From Marsupella aquatica (Eukaryota > Plantae > Marchantiophyta), in assembly GCA_973895155.1 (NCBI GenBank), contig OZ316897.1:8081732-8145731 (forward strand): 64,000 nt of DNA. Reading direction: 5' to 3'. The number at the start of each line of letters is the position of its first letter. Positions within the stretch are counted from its first letter, which is position 1. This document shows, one piece after another, positions 1-12,791 of this stretch. The position numbers and the translations under genes are program-made. The notes under the pieces are model-generated. The model was not told the origin of the DNA. It worked only from the letters and a program-made list of their open reading frames with translations, and did not search any database.

Positions 1-1599
1 CAAAAGTGGGGATTCCACATTCAATGAGGTCGTCAACAAGACCAGAAACAAGAGGCCCCTCAGGTCCCACGACGACCAAGCCCACCCCCCATTCCTTGCA
101 GAAGGAAGCAACCGCGGAGCTGTCAGTAATATTGAGGTTTGAGACACAAGTGGCAGTACCAGAGCTCGATATTCCTGCATTACCCGGTGCACAGAAAACT
201 CCGGCACATGAAACGGACCGTCTCAATCCATAGCACAAAGAGTGCTCCCTTCCTCCACCTCCTAAAACTAAGCAAACCACCCCTTCCTCTGCTGCCTTCT
301 TGTCACTCAAATGGTCAGCAACTTCCGCACTGCTGAGACCTTCACTCTTGCTCCGGGTGGACAAGCTCCGATCCCTGCGTGTGCCTTGCCTGGTATTAAG
401 ACTCATGGGAGCCAAGGGCATCGAAGATTTACGCAAAGCTGCGCCACCCCACCACCTCTCCCGGGAGCAGCGGACACCAGAGGCATCACCTAACCTCAAT
501 TGGTTTCCGAATACCGTTCGGTTCACAATTACCCATGATCCAAAATTCTCCAAGGCAGCAAAAGCTGTAACAGGCAATGTCATCATTGGAGCACCTGGGT
601 CGTGAACCGAGAGAGTAATTCCACCAAAACCCGAGCACCCATTCACTACTACAACTCAAAATCCTCTCCCTAACCAAATTCTTCTCCGTCCGTCCGTCCT
701 TATGGCCTTTGTCTGCAGGAAGAAAGAAATCAGCGAAGGTTCTCAATTTTTTCCAGTAAGTTGGCGAACAAGAGCTGCGAGAGCAGTTCGTCTCAAGCCC
801 AGGAGTTGTTGCGAACTGCCACTTGGGAGTCTAAGCTACTAAGAAATGGTGGACAGGAAATTACACTGTTTTGGTGAGTCACCTCTACAGGCACTGGGTT
901 ACATGTCACGAGGGAGCTACTATTGAAGGGTGGGTCGGAGTCTCGAAGTTAGAATGCATCCTCAGCTCAAAGAGCGGAAATCACGGAGCTACCCTACGTC
1001 CCCTACCACTCCGACTTTGGGGCAGCCATAGATGAGCGATGTGAGGTGGCACGGGCTTGTCTCGTCAAGCACGAAATAGCTCGGACATGAAAACTTCTTA
1101 GGAAGCCATTCTTCGGTCTGGATTGAATTCTATTGAGAGGAAAACAAGGCCCAAACCCTGTTCTGCTTGGCCAGTCACTGCCAATCCTTACGATGGACGT
1201 GATGTCGATCTTCTTTGCCCCGTTTGCCTGCCATAGCTTCGTGCAGTGGAGTGACAGAGGACTCGTGAGCGAGCTCATGATACTTCCCGTCTCCTCCTCC
1301 TTTTTCTTCTCGTCAGTCTACTCATTTTCAATTTCGAGGAGGACGAGCTCATGGAGTTTTCTTCCCGAGAAGAATGGGCTGCTGCTTCAATTACATGCCC
1401 ACGCACAACCTTCTCCTGTTTCACCCATCGTCAGTGATTCCCAAGCTCAGAACCCAAGTCAGAAGTCTTGGTTATGCCAAGAAGAAGGCCGAATATATGT
1501 AACACTGCCAAAAGGAAGAAACTGAAGTGAGGATGTGAAGAAGGCCCAATATATATATAACACTCCCAAACGAAAGAAACTAAAGTGAGGATGTGGGAT

Positions 1600-1997
1600 G
1601 GACCTCCACTTTGCCTATGATGCCCAGATGGACTGGCAAAGCTTGGATGGACTTGCTCAGAACATCTCCACTTTGTCTATGACATGGGTTGGGCAAAGCT
1701 TGGATGGAATTGCTCATAACATCTCCACTTTGTCTATCAAGCCCAGATGGACTGGCAAAGCTTGCTCATAATATTTAAATTGACTGAGGTAACATTGTTT
1801 ACACTTTTGAGTGAAATATGACCTGTAATGGTCTCCTTACTGTTTGCAGCCGATTTCAATAACATTATCGAACCTATTTCTTGGTAACTTGACAACTTGA
1901 CTACCTTGAACCTGAAAGACATCAAGATGCCATGCCATAACTCAAAATCACCATGACAGCTTGACTACTTTCTCCCCAATGTAGTCAAAGTTGTCAA
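1600..1997 (+). repeat. Dispersed repeat copy 1 (inverted homologue of 22262-22535)
   Basis: Shared blocks CACTTTGTCTA..GCCCAGATGGAC, ATTTAAATTGACT, CCTTGAACCTGAAAGAC, ATCACCATGAC..CTTGACTACTTT and AGTCAAAGTT. Confidence 0.8.
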
Positions 1998-2213
1998 CTG
2001 TGATCCACGACGGGTTCCTTTTTCTTTTTGGTGTAAAAACAATGATTGCTTTTATGCACTCCATGGGGATGGACAGGAACTGTCTAAATCCATGCTGGCT
2101 TTTGTTTCCCAAAAGGACAGGAACGCCCAAAGGCAAACAGACCCAATAAGAGGGGAAAAGGGAAAAAAAGCATAACACTGCCAAAAGGTATATATATATA
2201 ACAGCATGCCATA

Positions 2214-2400
2214 AGGATGGGAACCTCAAACCAGGACACATGGCCCCAAAGCCAAAAAGACCCAATAAGGGGGGGGGGGGGGGGGGAGGGAAAGACCCAA
2301 AAGGATGGAAACGTCAAACCCGGACACATGGCCCCAAAGCCAAAAAGACCCAATAAAGGGGGGGGGGAGGGAAGACCTCAGGAGGACCCAAAGAGGCCCA
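2214..2400. repeat. Imperfect tandem duplication with poly-G tracts
   Basis: GGACACATGGCCCCAAAGCCAAAAAGACCCAATAA-(G)n-AGGGAA occurs twice, with long G runs near 2269-2286 and 2358-2368. Confidence 0.8.
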
Positions 2401-5400
2401 ACAAAATAGTGAGTCCCCCCTCAACAACAAAGATCCCTCTACAAAGCAAACAAAGATCAAAACCCCTACTGGGCAGAAAACTGAAAAGCCTAGTAGACCT
2501 CCGAAGTAAGCCGCATAGGAGGGTCACAGAGAGGAATATGTCTCGAGGCCCTAAAATCAACAGCCTCGGCTCGACAAAGAATAGTGAAAGTTTGAGCCCT
2601 CTCAAGTGCCACCGACGCCCTCAGCCAAAGGAAGGTCGTGAGAACAGAAATATGGGGAAAAGACCTCCACTTGATACCAAAACTGCACAAACCCAAAGAA
2701 ACTGGTCAATGCAATGGTGGAGAGCACTAAAGACCTCAAGAGCAAAAGGATAGAAGAGATCTCCCCAGTAACAAATTGAATAAGCCTCCGACCTACTTGA
2801 GCCAGGCAACCTTGGCTACAGCACTTCCAAACACATGGGTCCAGAATGTATAGGTTTGCCGTCTTCCCCCAATGAAACACAATGCCATGGCCTTGTATTC
2901 AAAGAGTGGGCCATAGGACGCTCTATTTGAATAGTGCACCAAGGGCATTTGAGTTTTGACTATGTATTTCATTTTTTGTACTTGGATGGTCTTATGTTTG
3001 AAAATGGGCATTGTGTTTGAATATTGGCATTGTCATAATTATGATTCATGAATTTTTATTGTTTGTGTTCAATGTAGAACTGTTTAGTGTCAAAACTCAA
3101 ATAGAGCGTCCAACTCAAACACAAAGCCAAAACTTGAACACAAAGCTCGGGCGTTGTGTTAAAACGACATCGCATTCAAGTTCAAATATGTTTTTTTCAT
3201 GGGACCCAAAATTTCTCAATTTCAAACACAATACTATGGTGCTATCTTTGGGGGAAGACGGCTGTCTGATTGGACTAGCCTGAGTCGGGGCCTGAGTATT
3301 GTTTCCTTGAACATGCTGAAGACCCGGCTGAAGACAATCAAAATTCCCAACAAAAAGAAATTAATATATACTATTCATCTTTGCCCCATTGGTGTTTCCT
3401 TGACAGTAAGTAGAGACAAGGACAAAAAAATACTGGCCAAGAAACATGTATATATTATTCATGCCCCATCCCTGTTTTTAGTCCACCCTCCTTTTTTTGT
3501 TTTGTCCTTAGTGAGAGTTAATCTACACTGTTGTGCACAATTAGTCTTGGTAATACTATTTGTGTAGCCTAAATTTTTTGGGGGCTTATGTACTCTTCAA
3601 TGAATGTTACTAATTGTAATTAGGGACTACACTAATCATGTACACATTAAATAACATTAGTGTAAGACTTATTCTGGTTTTTGGATAACACTATTTGGAG
3701 AGTAAAGGTAGTACTAATTGGAGAGTAAAGATAAAAAATGACATTGCTCTCTCACCTTAAAGAGTTAGGGAAAAGAGTGTGTCTCATGCACCCAAGATCA
3801 CTACAAAAAGAAAAGTTACAATTAGGGTGCACAGTCTCAACGGAGCCACACTACTTGCCAAACAAGGTCAACACAAGCAGGAGTAGGTCTAGACAAGCTT
3901 GAATTCCAACTTTAAATAGTCTTGGCCCAAAGACCCACCACATTTAGTGATATTTTCTATTCAAACCTGCCCCACGCTAAACTTAGAATTACCAACATTA
4001 ATTATGGAGTAACACTGATTTTGAGATAAGACCAAATATGGTGAAGAATGTAGAGGCTTCGCTCTAGACCATAGCCCTGGAAAATGGCTTTGCATCTCAT
4101 TTTATTGATAAAATAGTGGGGTCTGGTCTGGGGTTACTAGGGAGTAACCCTCTGACCAGAAAGTGAGGAAAGCTTTTCTAAGCTTTCTTGGAGCAAGGTT
4201 GAGGCTCAAACCCCTGAGGATTTAGGCTAGAACCCGGCCCTGCCCAGATTTCCATTAGGGTGGCTCAAAAATTTAGAAGACACATGCTTTTAGCCAAGCC
4301 AAGAGTTCACAGTGTGGGCCGTGGACCCAAAATGTATAGTACACCAATTTGGTGACCGCACTTTTTTGCTAGGGCACTTTCGCTAACAGCAGAACTTGGA
4401 CCTTGTGTTACTTCTACAGCTTTTATGACACCCCTCAAAGTTATCTCTCCCCCCTTCCCAACCCCCGTGCTTCCTCAAGCCCAAAACGCAGGACCCGGCC
4501 CTAGTTTTGGCCTTGTTTTCTAGAGGTCAGCAGCCCGGACGCGGCTCTTGAGAGCAGCAAACTTTGAGACGTCCTATTATAGTATGTAACCAGTGTCCGC
4601 AAAAGGTTATATACTTCCGAGCAAGAGATTATGGGAATATATACTAGGTACCTCAAAAAATGGTTACACAAAGGTATCCTGCATTCCATACAAAAATTAC
4701 ATGCCATGCAGTGCATTGGGTCGGTTTGTTTGTCAGTTCTCATCTGTCCGTGTAGTTGTCCATGTAATTGTTGATTTATTTTGTCCAGCAGTATTTTTTT
4801 AATATAATTAAAAAAAGGATATCCGTGAAACCCCACAGAAAGGGAGGCAAAAGAAACCAATTACAACAATTGAACCCAAGATCTATGAGTCCTTACATAC
4901 CACACATCCATGCCTGCTTTTGCTTTCTCAATCAGCAATTAATTTAGAGTGCTGGAGTCTTGTGTTGTTACTCCAAAATTGAGTAATTGGCATTTGTTTC
5001 CTTAGTTAGACCTTCCATGTTCCAAAATGCATTTGAACTTGCAATATGCAATTTCATGTGTTTGTCTTGTTGTGGTTTATATGAATGCGAAGATTGAGCA
5101 AAATTAGTTTTGGCACATTTCATAAATTTGCCAAAATTTGTGGGGTGAGTTTGTGTTAGGGTGTGAACTTTAAATTATCCACAGCTAGTATATGTAGATG
5201 ATTTCTCTGAGTGCAGTGTGAATTGGGTATTAAATGGGAGGTATACATTTGGAGCTGTTACTTAACCAAAAGCAAGGTTAAGCAGCATGGTAAGTGTTAC
5301 ATGGGCTTGCAACAATTCAGGAGGGAGAAAGGGTTAAACCAGAGACCCAAAGTGGGCCAACCAGGGGCTACGGAAAAACCAATACTTCAATCACTTTTTC

Positions 5401-5713
5401 TATACTTTATTGATAAGACCTTTTTCTCGGTTGGCAGCTATTGTGTTGCACAACTCACCTGCCAGTTTTTCCTCATATTTGGGAAAGGAGAGTTTACAGT
5501 GCAATACTCTAAACATAATAAGAGCTTAAGCTTCACTATTGCCCCTTGTATTGCCCAACTTGTTCAGTAACAAGATATTAATACGCTTAAAGGCCTAGCA
5601 ATTTTTTACTTTCACTAAATGTAGTAAAAGTAAAGGAGAATTTTGATAGGGAGCCCATACAATTCTTGACGGACATGTTGCCTTTAACACCCGTCCGTCT
5701 TGTGCTCAGGTTG

Positions 5714-5910
5714 GGTTCCATGAAACTCTCTCACCCTCTCATGTGAGGGCTAGGAAGTTTTTCCTCTGCTGGTGCAACGTCTATCCGTCTCTCCCACTTT
5801 CCCATCTGTCTGTTCTCGTCTGGTTCCATGAAACCCTCACTCACCCTCTCCTGTGAGGGAAGTGGCTTTCCCCTCTACTGGCGCAATGCCCGACCGTCGC
5901 CCCGTCTCCC
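5714..5910. repeat. Diverged ~108-bp tandem duplication upstream of the RRM gene
   Basis: GGTTCCATGAAAC..CTCACCCTCTC.TGTGAGGG..AAGT..TT.CCTCT.CTGG.GCAA at ~5714 and ~5822. Confidence 0.7.
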
Positions 5911-7297
5911 ACCGTCTCTCGCCGTCCATCTGTGCCGTCTCCCACCGTCTCGCCGTCTCTTCCGTTTTTCTCTCGACAGGGCAGAAACTTACTGCAGGTA
6001 ATTAAAAAGGCCCCCCCATAGAAGACAAGAGAGATGACCATTTTTCCCTTTCTTTTCTGAACGGAAAGCTTGTTTACTCACAGAGCAGAGATCTCGAGTT
6101 CTCTGCTCTCTCTGTCGATCCCGTTTCTTAATTCATCAGTGTGCATGGATTCTTCCAGGCTGGGGAGATGAGAGAAAGACACGGAATGGAGTTGTTGCAC
6201 TGTCCTGTGTCTCGATCCGCGGAATGGAATGGGCGCAGAGGGAGGAACAATGCGGCAGGCTGGTGATTCACACGCAGAAAGAATGAGTGAGATGATGGAG
6301 GTGGGGTCTGCGACTCTGAGTTGATGTGAATGCAGGAGGGAGGATTAAATGACTTGTGTACCATAATGTCGTCGTCGTCGTGCTTGATATGATTACGGTC
6401 GAAGTGATATCTGGTCACTGTGTTGTCGTTAGGATGTTGTGAGAGGGAACGGGAAAAAACCCTATTGTAAAGTATGGTACAGGAGGAGCAGCAGTCACTT
6501 TGTGCCAGACGCAGCAGAGACGCAGCAGAGACGCAGCAGGGGAGGGGCCTTGTGCCACTGCAGTTGGTGTCATTGTTATTGTTCGTTATGCTTCCTTCCT
6601 CCACCTCCGTTTTGTCCGGGTGCTGCTGCTGTTTGTTGCTGCTCGAGGCTGCTGCAACTGGAAATGCCTTGGGACAGCAGCAGCAGTGTTCTGGTGACGT
6701 GAACACGTTTTCGGTATGCGTGCTTGAGTGCATTTGAGGGCGTAGTAGCGGGTTTTGAGTCTCGTTTGCGTGCCAGAAATGATCAGTCCACTCTATTTGA
6801 CTGCACCTATCGCCCCCACCACCCCTTCCATTGGGCTCCATGCCAATACTAAGGCCTTCTTTGTGAACCGACAGGAAGAAACCTTCGGTTTCAGGTTCTC
6901 TGTCGGTCGTCCTACTTTCTTCAAATTGCAAATTTCGACACTTGTTGAAATTTTCTAGCTGGTTCATGTCAGATTTCCTTCACTGAATAGCGTGAAGGAA
7001 ACATCCACCCATTAGGTCGTCTGTTCCCCAATGACGATCTGTCCTCTTGTTCGTATTTTTCATATTTCGTTTGTGGACTAAATTAAGGCTGGCTGGCACC
7101 TGATGGTCACCTCAATTTCGACGTGTTAGTCTCCCCGTATGTCCTAGAAAGTCTGTGGAATGCATTGCATTGAGTTCTGCATCCTTTTGTTCTCTACATT
7201 CTCCGTGTTTTATTCTTCCTAAGTCAATGGTGGCACTGGCGGCGCCTTAGAGCTAGGGACTGGAGGGATCTGCGTCTTTTCTTCGTTGGGGGTTGCA

Positions 7298-10200
7298 ATG
7301 GCGGACCCAGATGATGGCGAGTATGAACTCAAAGACGAGGAGCTGGTCGACTTTGAGGGATCCGATTACGGATTTGGGTCGGACGAAGAGCTTGAATTGG
7401 ACGACGAGGAGGATGCGGCCCTCCCTATTGAGACCGAGGAAGTGGTCCCGGCCCTGAATGAGCTTTCTGTATTGGAGAAGGTGGTGGGGGAGACGGAAGT
7501 GAAGAAAGGAGGAGGGGGAGGAGAGCCAGAGCCTGCCCCCGAAGTAGCAGTTGCACGCGCCACTGTCCAATCAGAGAAGCGAGAGGGAGCGGAGAGTGGA
7601 GAGATCGAAGATGATAGGGAAGAGAAAGATGATGGAGTAGTAGCGCAGCCTTTGCCGAGCTTGAGCTCCGTCCCTTCCAGAGGGGCCTATCATCATGAGG
7701 GAGGGAGGGTAAGAGAGTCTAGAAGAAGGCACCGTAAAGCTGATTTGGAGGATGGCGAGCTTGACGACGCTGCCATGGTGATCCCAATTCTCTTTTTTCT
7801 TCCCTCCTTTCGTTTGCTCCTGTTGTACCTCCTTGTCATCCTCTTAGTGCCCACCTGTTTCTCAGAGTCCAAGCACTGCTGCTTATCGTTCTCCACTATC
7901 TTCGATCTCAACGTGACGAGCTGTAGCAGTGTTTTGTGTCTTGCCTTAACAATCGTCGTGCCTAGTGGAAAAAATCAAAAAACTTTGCGATTGCCCCAAT
8001 CATTAGACCAGCACCCCCGATTTGACTATTGGCCCCACACACTTCATTGTTTTTTCTCGGTGGAAACCTTTGACATAGCATCATTGGAGAGTGCTAGACT
8101 CGTCGCCTCTCACAGTGGCTTTTAGTGCCAAGGAATGTTTTCTTAGTGCAATCCGTAAGACCTTTCCTTGCGTTCTCTTTGAAATTCATCAGGACTGGCT
8201 ATGTGCAGTAAGTTTCCCAATGCAGTGCCTCCTTGAGTGTTCTACACGTCATTTTCATGTTCAGTTGCCCGTCAATATGGCAACATAGACGCCCATGATC
8301 CGCAGTTTTAGAAGGTTGACTACAGCTTGAATGTGCACATCCATGGGAATTCGCTGCCACCGACAGAGGTAGCAGTGTAGTATTTTCTGTACCTCTTTGG
8401 TCTTCACCACATGGATCCTAGGTGCGTTCTAGTTTCCATGAGACGTTCGAGTTTCATATGCCGCCCAAGTCGGACACGCTGTTCCATTGTTCCGTCTGAC
8501 CTCATTTCCTAACGTTCTATTCGCCACCAGAGAAATGAGGATTCTAGTATCTGGGTCTTGAGAGCTTGTCCTTTCTCAAGCGGTTTTCATCCGTAACCAG
8601 TTCGAACAAAGAGGCTGGGAGTGTTGTTGAAGAGTAGTATTCCTGCTGTAGTGGCTGAGCAGCTCAACGGAACATCGCGGCATCAGTACGTATCAGGCGC
8701 GGAGATAAACACTGGAGTTACAGGGTGTCGTGGACTTCAATATGTGCTTTGGTGGACAATAGCCGGTTGACTGTCGATTCAGTTGGAACATACCTGTCAT
8801 CGTGGTCTTTCTTAGATAAGTTCAGGAGTCACAAGAGAACTCTTCTATAGCTTTGACGATCATGCGCTTCCTGTCTAGAAAAAGTGGGATGTCTGGGATT
8901 TTCTCCTTTCCAAGTTTCCACCCACACTACTCATGGGTGAGTAATGGAGTCCTCTCAGGATCATAACTGAACATAAGATTATTTTCAGTTGCTTTTTGGA
9001 GTTTCTCATGCAAGCCCTTTTTCAGAGAGAATATCACTTAGCCTCTCTATCTCTCTGCATGCGAGTTGACTGGATCATCACATCCATTTGAGAGAAATGA
9101 GGGTTTTTTTTGGACGTTGCTTCGAAACTGTGTGTGCTGAGAGACTAGGTAGTGAGGCCATCATTTGTATTTATAAGAAGGGTTGGAGGCGCGGGGGGTT
9201 CGTTTGAGCGTGTGAGATTCCTATCTGTCTCTTAGAGGACCTGGGTATAGTGGCGTAGGGGAGAGGTTTGAGATTTGGTGTTTGCAGGATCTGCAGCACA
9301 ATGCAAGAAGAAGGCTAGAAATTAGCTGATTTCAGAGTTGTGGCACTCATACGTGGACTTTGGTAATGCGGGACACAGCCCGAGGGTTCTGATCATGAAG
9401 CAGAGGGAAATGCGGATGATGACGACGAAGATGACAAGGATCGACGGGGACGGAAAAGGAGGAAGGATCGCTTCGCTGCTGAGAGACATTCAGAGGATCC
9501 GGAGAGGAAGGATAGGGAATTAGGTCCTGTCATGTCAGGTCCTGGACGACAACACAGAAGTCGGGGAAGGTATTTGTTCTATTCATTGAGTCGGACTTGC
9601 AAGATATGTCTCATGAGAATTAATGAGTGGATGGATGGGCTCTGTTGGGCCATGCAATTCGAGAATCTTCTCTTTTGCCCAGGTTAACAAAGCCGTAATT
9701 TAGTAGATTTAGCACATAGCAGACTGGAGCTTATAACTTGACGAGGGTCTTGTCAAAAGTAGGACTTTCTTGCAATTCACAGCGAAGCTTTTCGAGAAAT
9801 ATTTCCTTGCAGTAGATCTTCCTCTGCAGTTGACGTCGGGCATCAGATTGTGATTCGGTTACTTTTCTTAGGTTTCTCGCTTATTTTTTGTTCCCAGCTT
9901 AAAGCTGACGCAACCTTTGTGGATCTTCACTAGTGACAGGCACATGGATCGATCTGGAAGTTTATCCAAAGCTGGTAATGCAGGTACACCTCATTTGATC
10001 CATCATCTTGAGCAAGTTGATCCAGTTTGGAGGAAAAGGGAACTTGAACATTTGATTTAAATAGAATCTGAACTCTGCATTCATCCTTACCAACGGTAGT
10101 CTAGGATTGATGAACCCTCGCAGTTTCCTGGTAACTGTGATGATAAAGAAGGCCAGTGGAACTCCATAACTAGGGTCAAATTTTATTTCATTCTGATAGA

Positions 10201-12791
10201 ATCTGTGTTTCATCACAGTGAGCTAGCCTAACTAGGTTCTGAAATTGATTGCAGTTGGTCGAGGAACGATGCAAATGGGTAGTTTTGCCCACAACCCAAA
10301 CATGGCACCAGGTATCATGGGACCTGGAGGGCCCCTGGTTCCACTAGATATGGGGCCAGGGATGCTGCATCCCATGGGTCGGGGGTTCATGGGACCGCTT
10401 GGAGGGATGCCTTTACCTGGCGGAGTCACCGTAGGTTTCCCAACCGGTGCTTTAATCGCTCCTATTATTTGCAGATGTTTCGGTGCCCTACTATAGTATG
10501 TTCTTGAAAATCTGGTCTGAGATGTCCTAGGGTATGTTTGGCTGTCTACCCTGCTTTGGAATAGACCTCTCGTCCCTCAGAAGTACATGAATGAGTTTTT
10601 GAGCTAGATCTGAACGTTCCTGAAACCGGAGATGTTGTACTGACGCAAGTCCTTTGTTGTCGCAGATGAGTCAGTTTCAAGAGGCAATGGCAGTTCACGA
10701 GCATATGGTGCGGTCTCACCATATGATGCAACAGTTTGCCCAAGCTGCAGCCGGTCCTGGGCGGCCTATGAATGGGCCAATGGGCGGTCCTGCAGTACGA
10801 CCAATGATGGGACTTGAATTTGGTGGACCATTGCCTCGTGCCATGCTGCATATGCAGCCACGCGGCCCGGATATGGCAGCACAGATGTTCACTGGCCCCA
10901 TGGATGCCTACCCAAGAAGTCCAAGGACGAGTTATGGTTCAGGCAGAGGGGGAGCTGCAAATGGAGGAGTGTTTGGTCAAGGACAAGGTCGTATGGGATC
11001 GTCTCCTAGAAGTGGTATGGGAAGGCAAGGTTCATGGTCAGCTGCCTCAGCGCAGGCTTCAGATTTACATCCTGTAGGAAGAGGGCGGGTCCAGATAAGG
11101 GGCCAGGTTATACCTCCTGCTTGGGCCGATCCACAAGGAACTGCTGTGACACAAGTTTCAGCGGGGCAAAGTGGAGTTGCTCAAGGTCTAGCACAGAATG
11201 TAAACACGGGGCATGCCCTGGGACCAGGTATGCCTGGATCCAGATCTGCAAAAGCACACCGAGGTCCTCGTGCTTCCACAGCTGAAGGATTTTCTAATAT
11301 TAAGAGGACAGAGCCGGAAGGGATATGGAAGGTCGATGGAGATCGAAGCACTAGTAATGGTGTACAGAATGCCCGAACTGGTTCTAACAACAGGTCATCA
11401 AGTAGCAGTGCTACTGCCTCCAAGCGGGATAGGGACAATGGACGGGAAAAGCATTCGGGTTCAAATAGTAGCAACCCCCACTCAGCTAATGTACTTGCTC
11501 AAGGAAATGGAGCTACCACCGCAAGCAATCTGATCCAACTCGGTGGACCTGTCCAGAAGAGCAGGTTAGCTTGTGATGCTTTGCTTCTCAAAACGTCGCT
11601 CCTACCCGCTAGTGTTCCTGGTATCCCAAACTTTTGAGTCCAGTGCGACAGTCATGATGTATGCAGTTTATATCGTTGAAATTCACTCAAAATAGGAAGT
11701 GGATTTCTTTACAATAAGATATCTGACAATTACTTGCTTTTAACGTTGTGCATCATGATAACGTTCACTACCTGTCATGGTAGGTTTCTGACCGTCAGTG
11801 GACTACCTGTCAACACATCAATGTCTACTGTGGTGGGAGCTTTTGAGAAGCAAGGAAAGGTTATGGTATGTGGTCCTGGCATGCAGCTCTTTCAAATTGA
11901 TATTGGTCGAGTGTTCTTGGTCAGGCTAGTGTCCAGCACCGGTCTGCATCACCTATTAAGTTCTCTATGAGTTGGAATGAGTTATTTTTCATAAGGGCAG
12001 ATATTGGTACTTTGACGTTTTGAAAGTTGACAGATTTGGATATGTTTGAGACATTGAGAGATTTGAATACGTGTAAGTAGGACTCATTATGAGGACTGTG
12101 GCCGTCCTCATGGAGCCTTACGTAGGAGAGGCATGTAGAGTTGAAGTTTGAATGTCTTGTTCTGATTATGAATAAATGAATATGACGACTTGCCAAAATA
12201 GGCATTTCATGGTCTCCTCAGTCGTGAAATTGCTGACAGTAGTTGTTCTTTCTGGGAAATTGTCGTCTGGTGCAGGATTTTAGGAAAGAAGACAAAGGGA
12301 ACGCCTTCACCATCACATTTGCAAGTGTCCCGGAAGCTATTTCGGCAAAACGGCATATGCATAGGTATCTACTGGCTTTCGCCTTCTCCAAAATGAGTTT
12401 GCCTGCGTAGAACCAGGGAAAACCATGCGAGCATCGAACAAATTATCTGAGGCTCTCGGGACCAACACAATGGTTTCTTTCGCTTGTTCTCCTTCGGATT
12501 GGAAAGCTTTATTAGCTCCCGAAATTAGCATCCTTTGGGACCTATTTGTGTTTAGATGTCCTTCATGGACCACAAAGTGTTGCTTAGGGAATCTGTGAAC
12601 GGTTACAATGTGCAATTGCCAGCGATCTCATCTTTTGCCAGTTTTTTATAATTCAGTCACCAGAGCTGCCACTTGTTTCTAAAGGTTTCACAGGTCCTCA
12701 CCCTAGCGATTGTGGCTTTTGTTGTTGCAGGTCAATAGTTGCCGGTCATCAGATCACAGTCGAATATTCTGTCCAGAGGACTGAAGCATAA
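7298..12791 (+). CDS. Intrinsically disordered (acidic / Arg-rich / Met-Gly-Pro-rich) protein with one C-terminal RRM domain, ~670 aa, 8 exons
   Basis: Phase-consistent GT-AG exons: 7298-7777, 9379-9569, 9940-9974 (or 9983), 10255-10430, 10666-11564, 11784-11865, 12276-12364, 12731-12791 (TAA). Spliced C-terminus SRFLTVSGLPVNTSMSTVVGAFEKQGKVMDFRKEDKGNAFTITFASVPEAISAKRHMHRSIVAGHQITVEYS fits the RRM beta-alpha-beta-beta-alpha-beta pattern. Confidence 0.8.

Noticed and set aside
2490-3011. Possible LINE reverse-transcriptase 3' (zf-RVT-like HVFGSAVAKVAW) remnant on the minus strand
   Set aside because: Resemblance is limited to a few residues amid stops and frameshifts, and cannot be supported without a profile search.
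6128-6967. 279-aa minus-strand ORF
   Set aside because: Low-complexity translation of CAG/GTC/GTT microsatellite-like sequence with no recognisable domain. More likely the antisense of the RRM gene's leader or promoter region.
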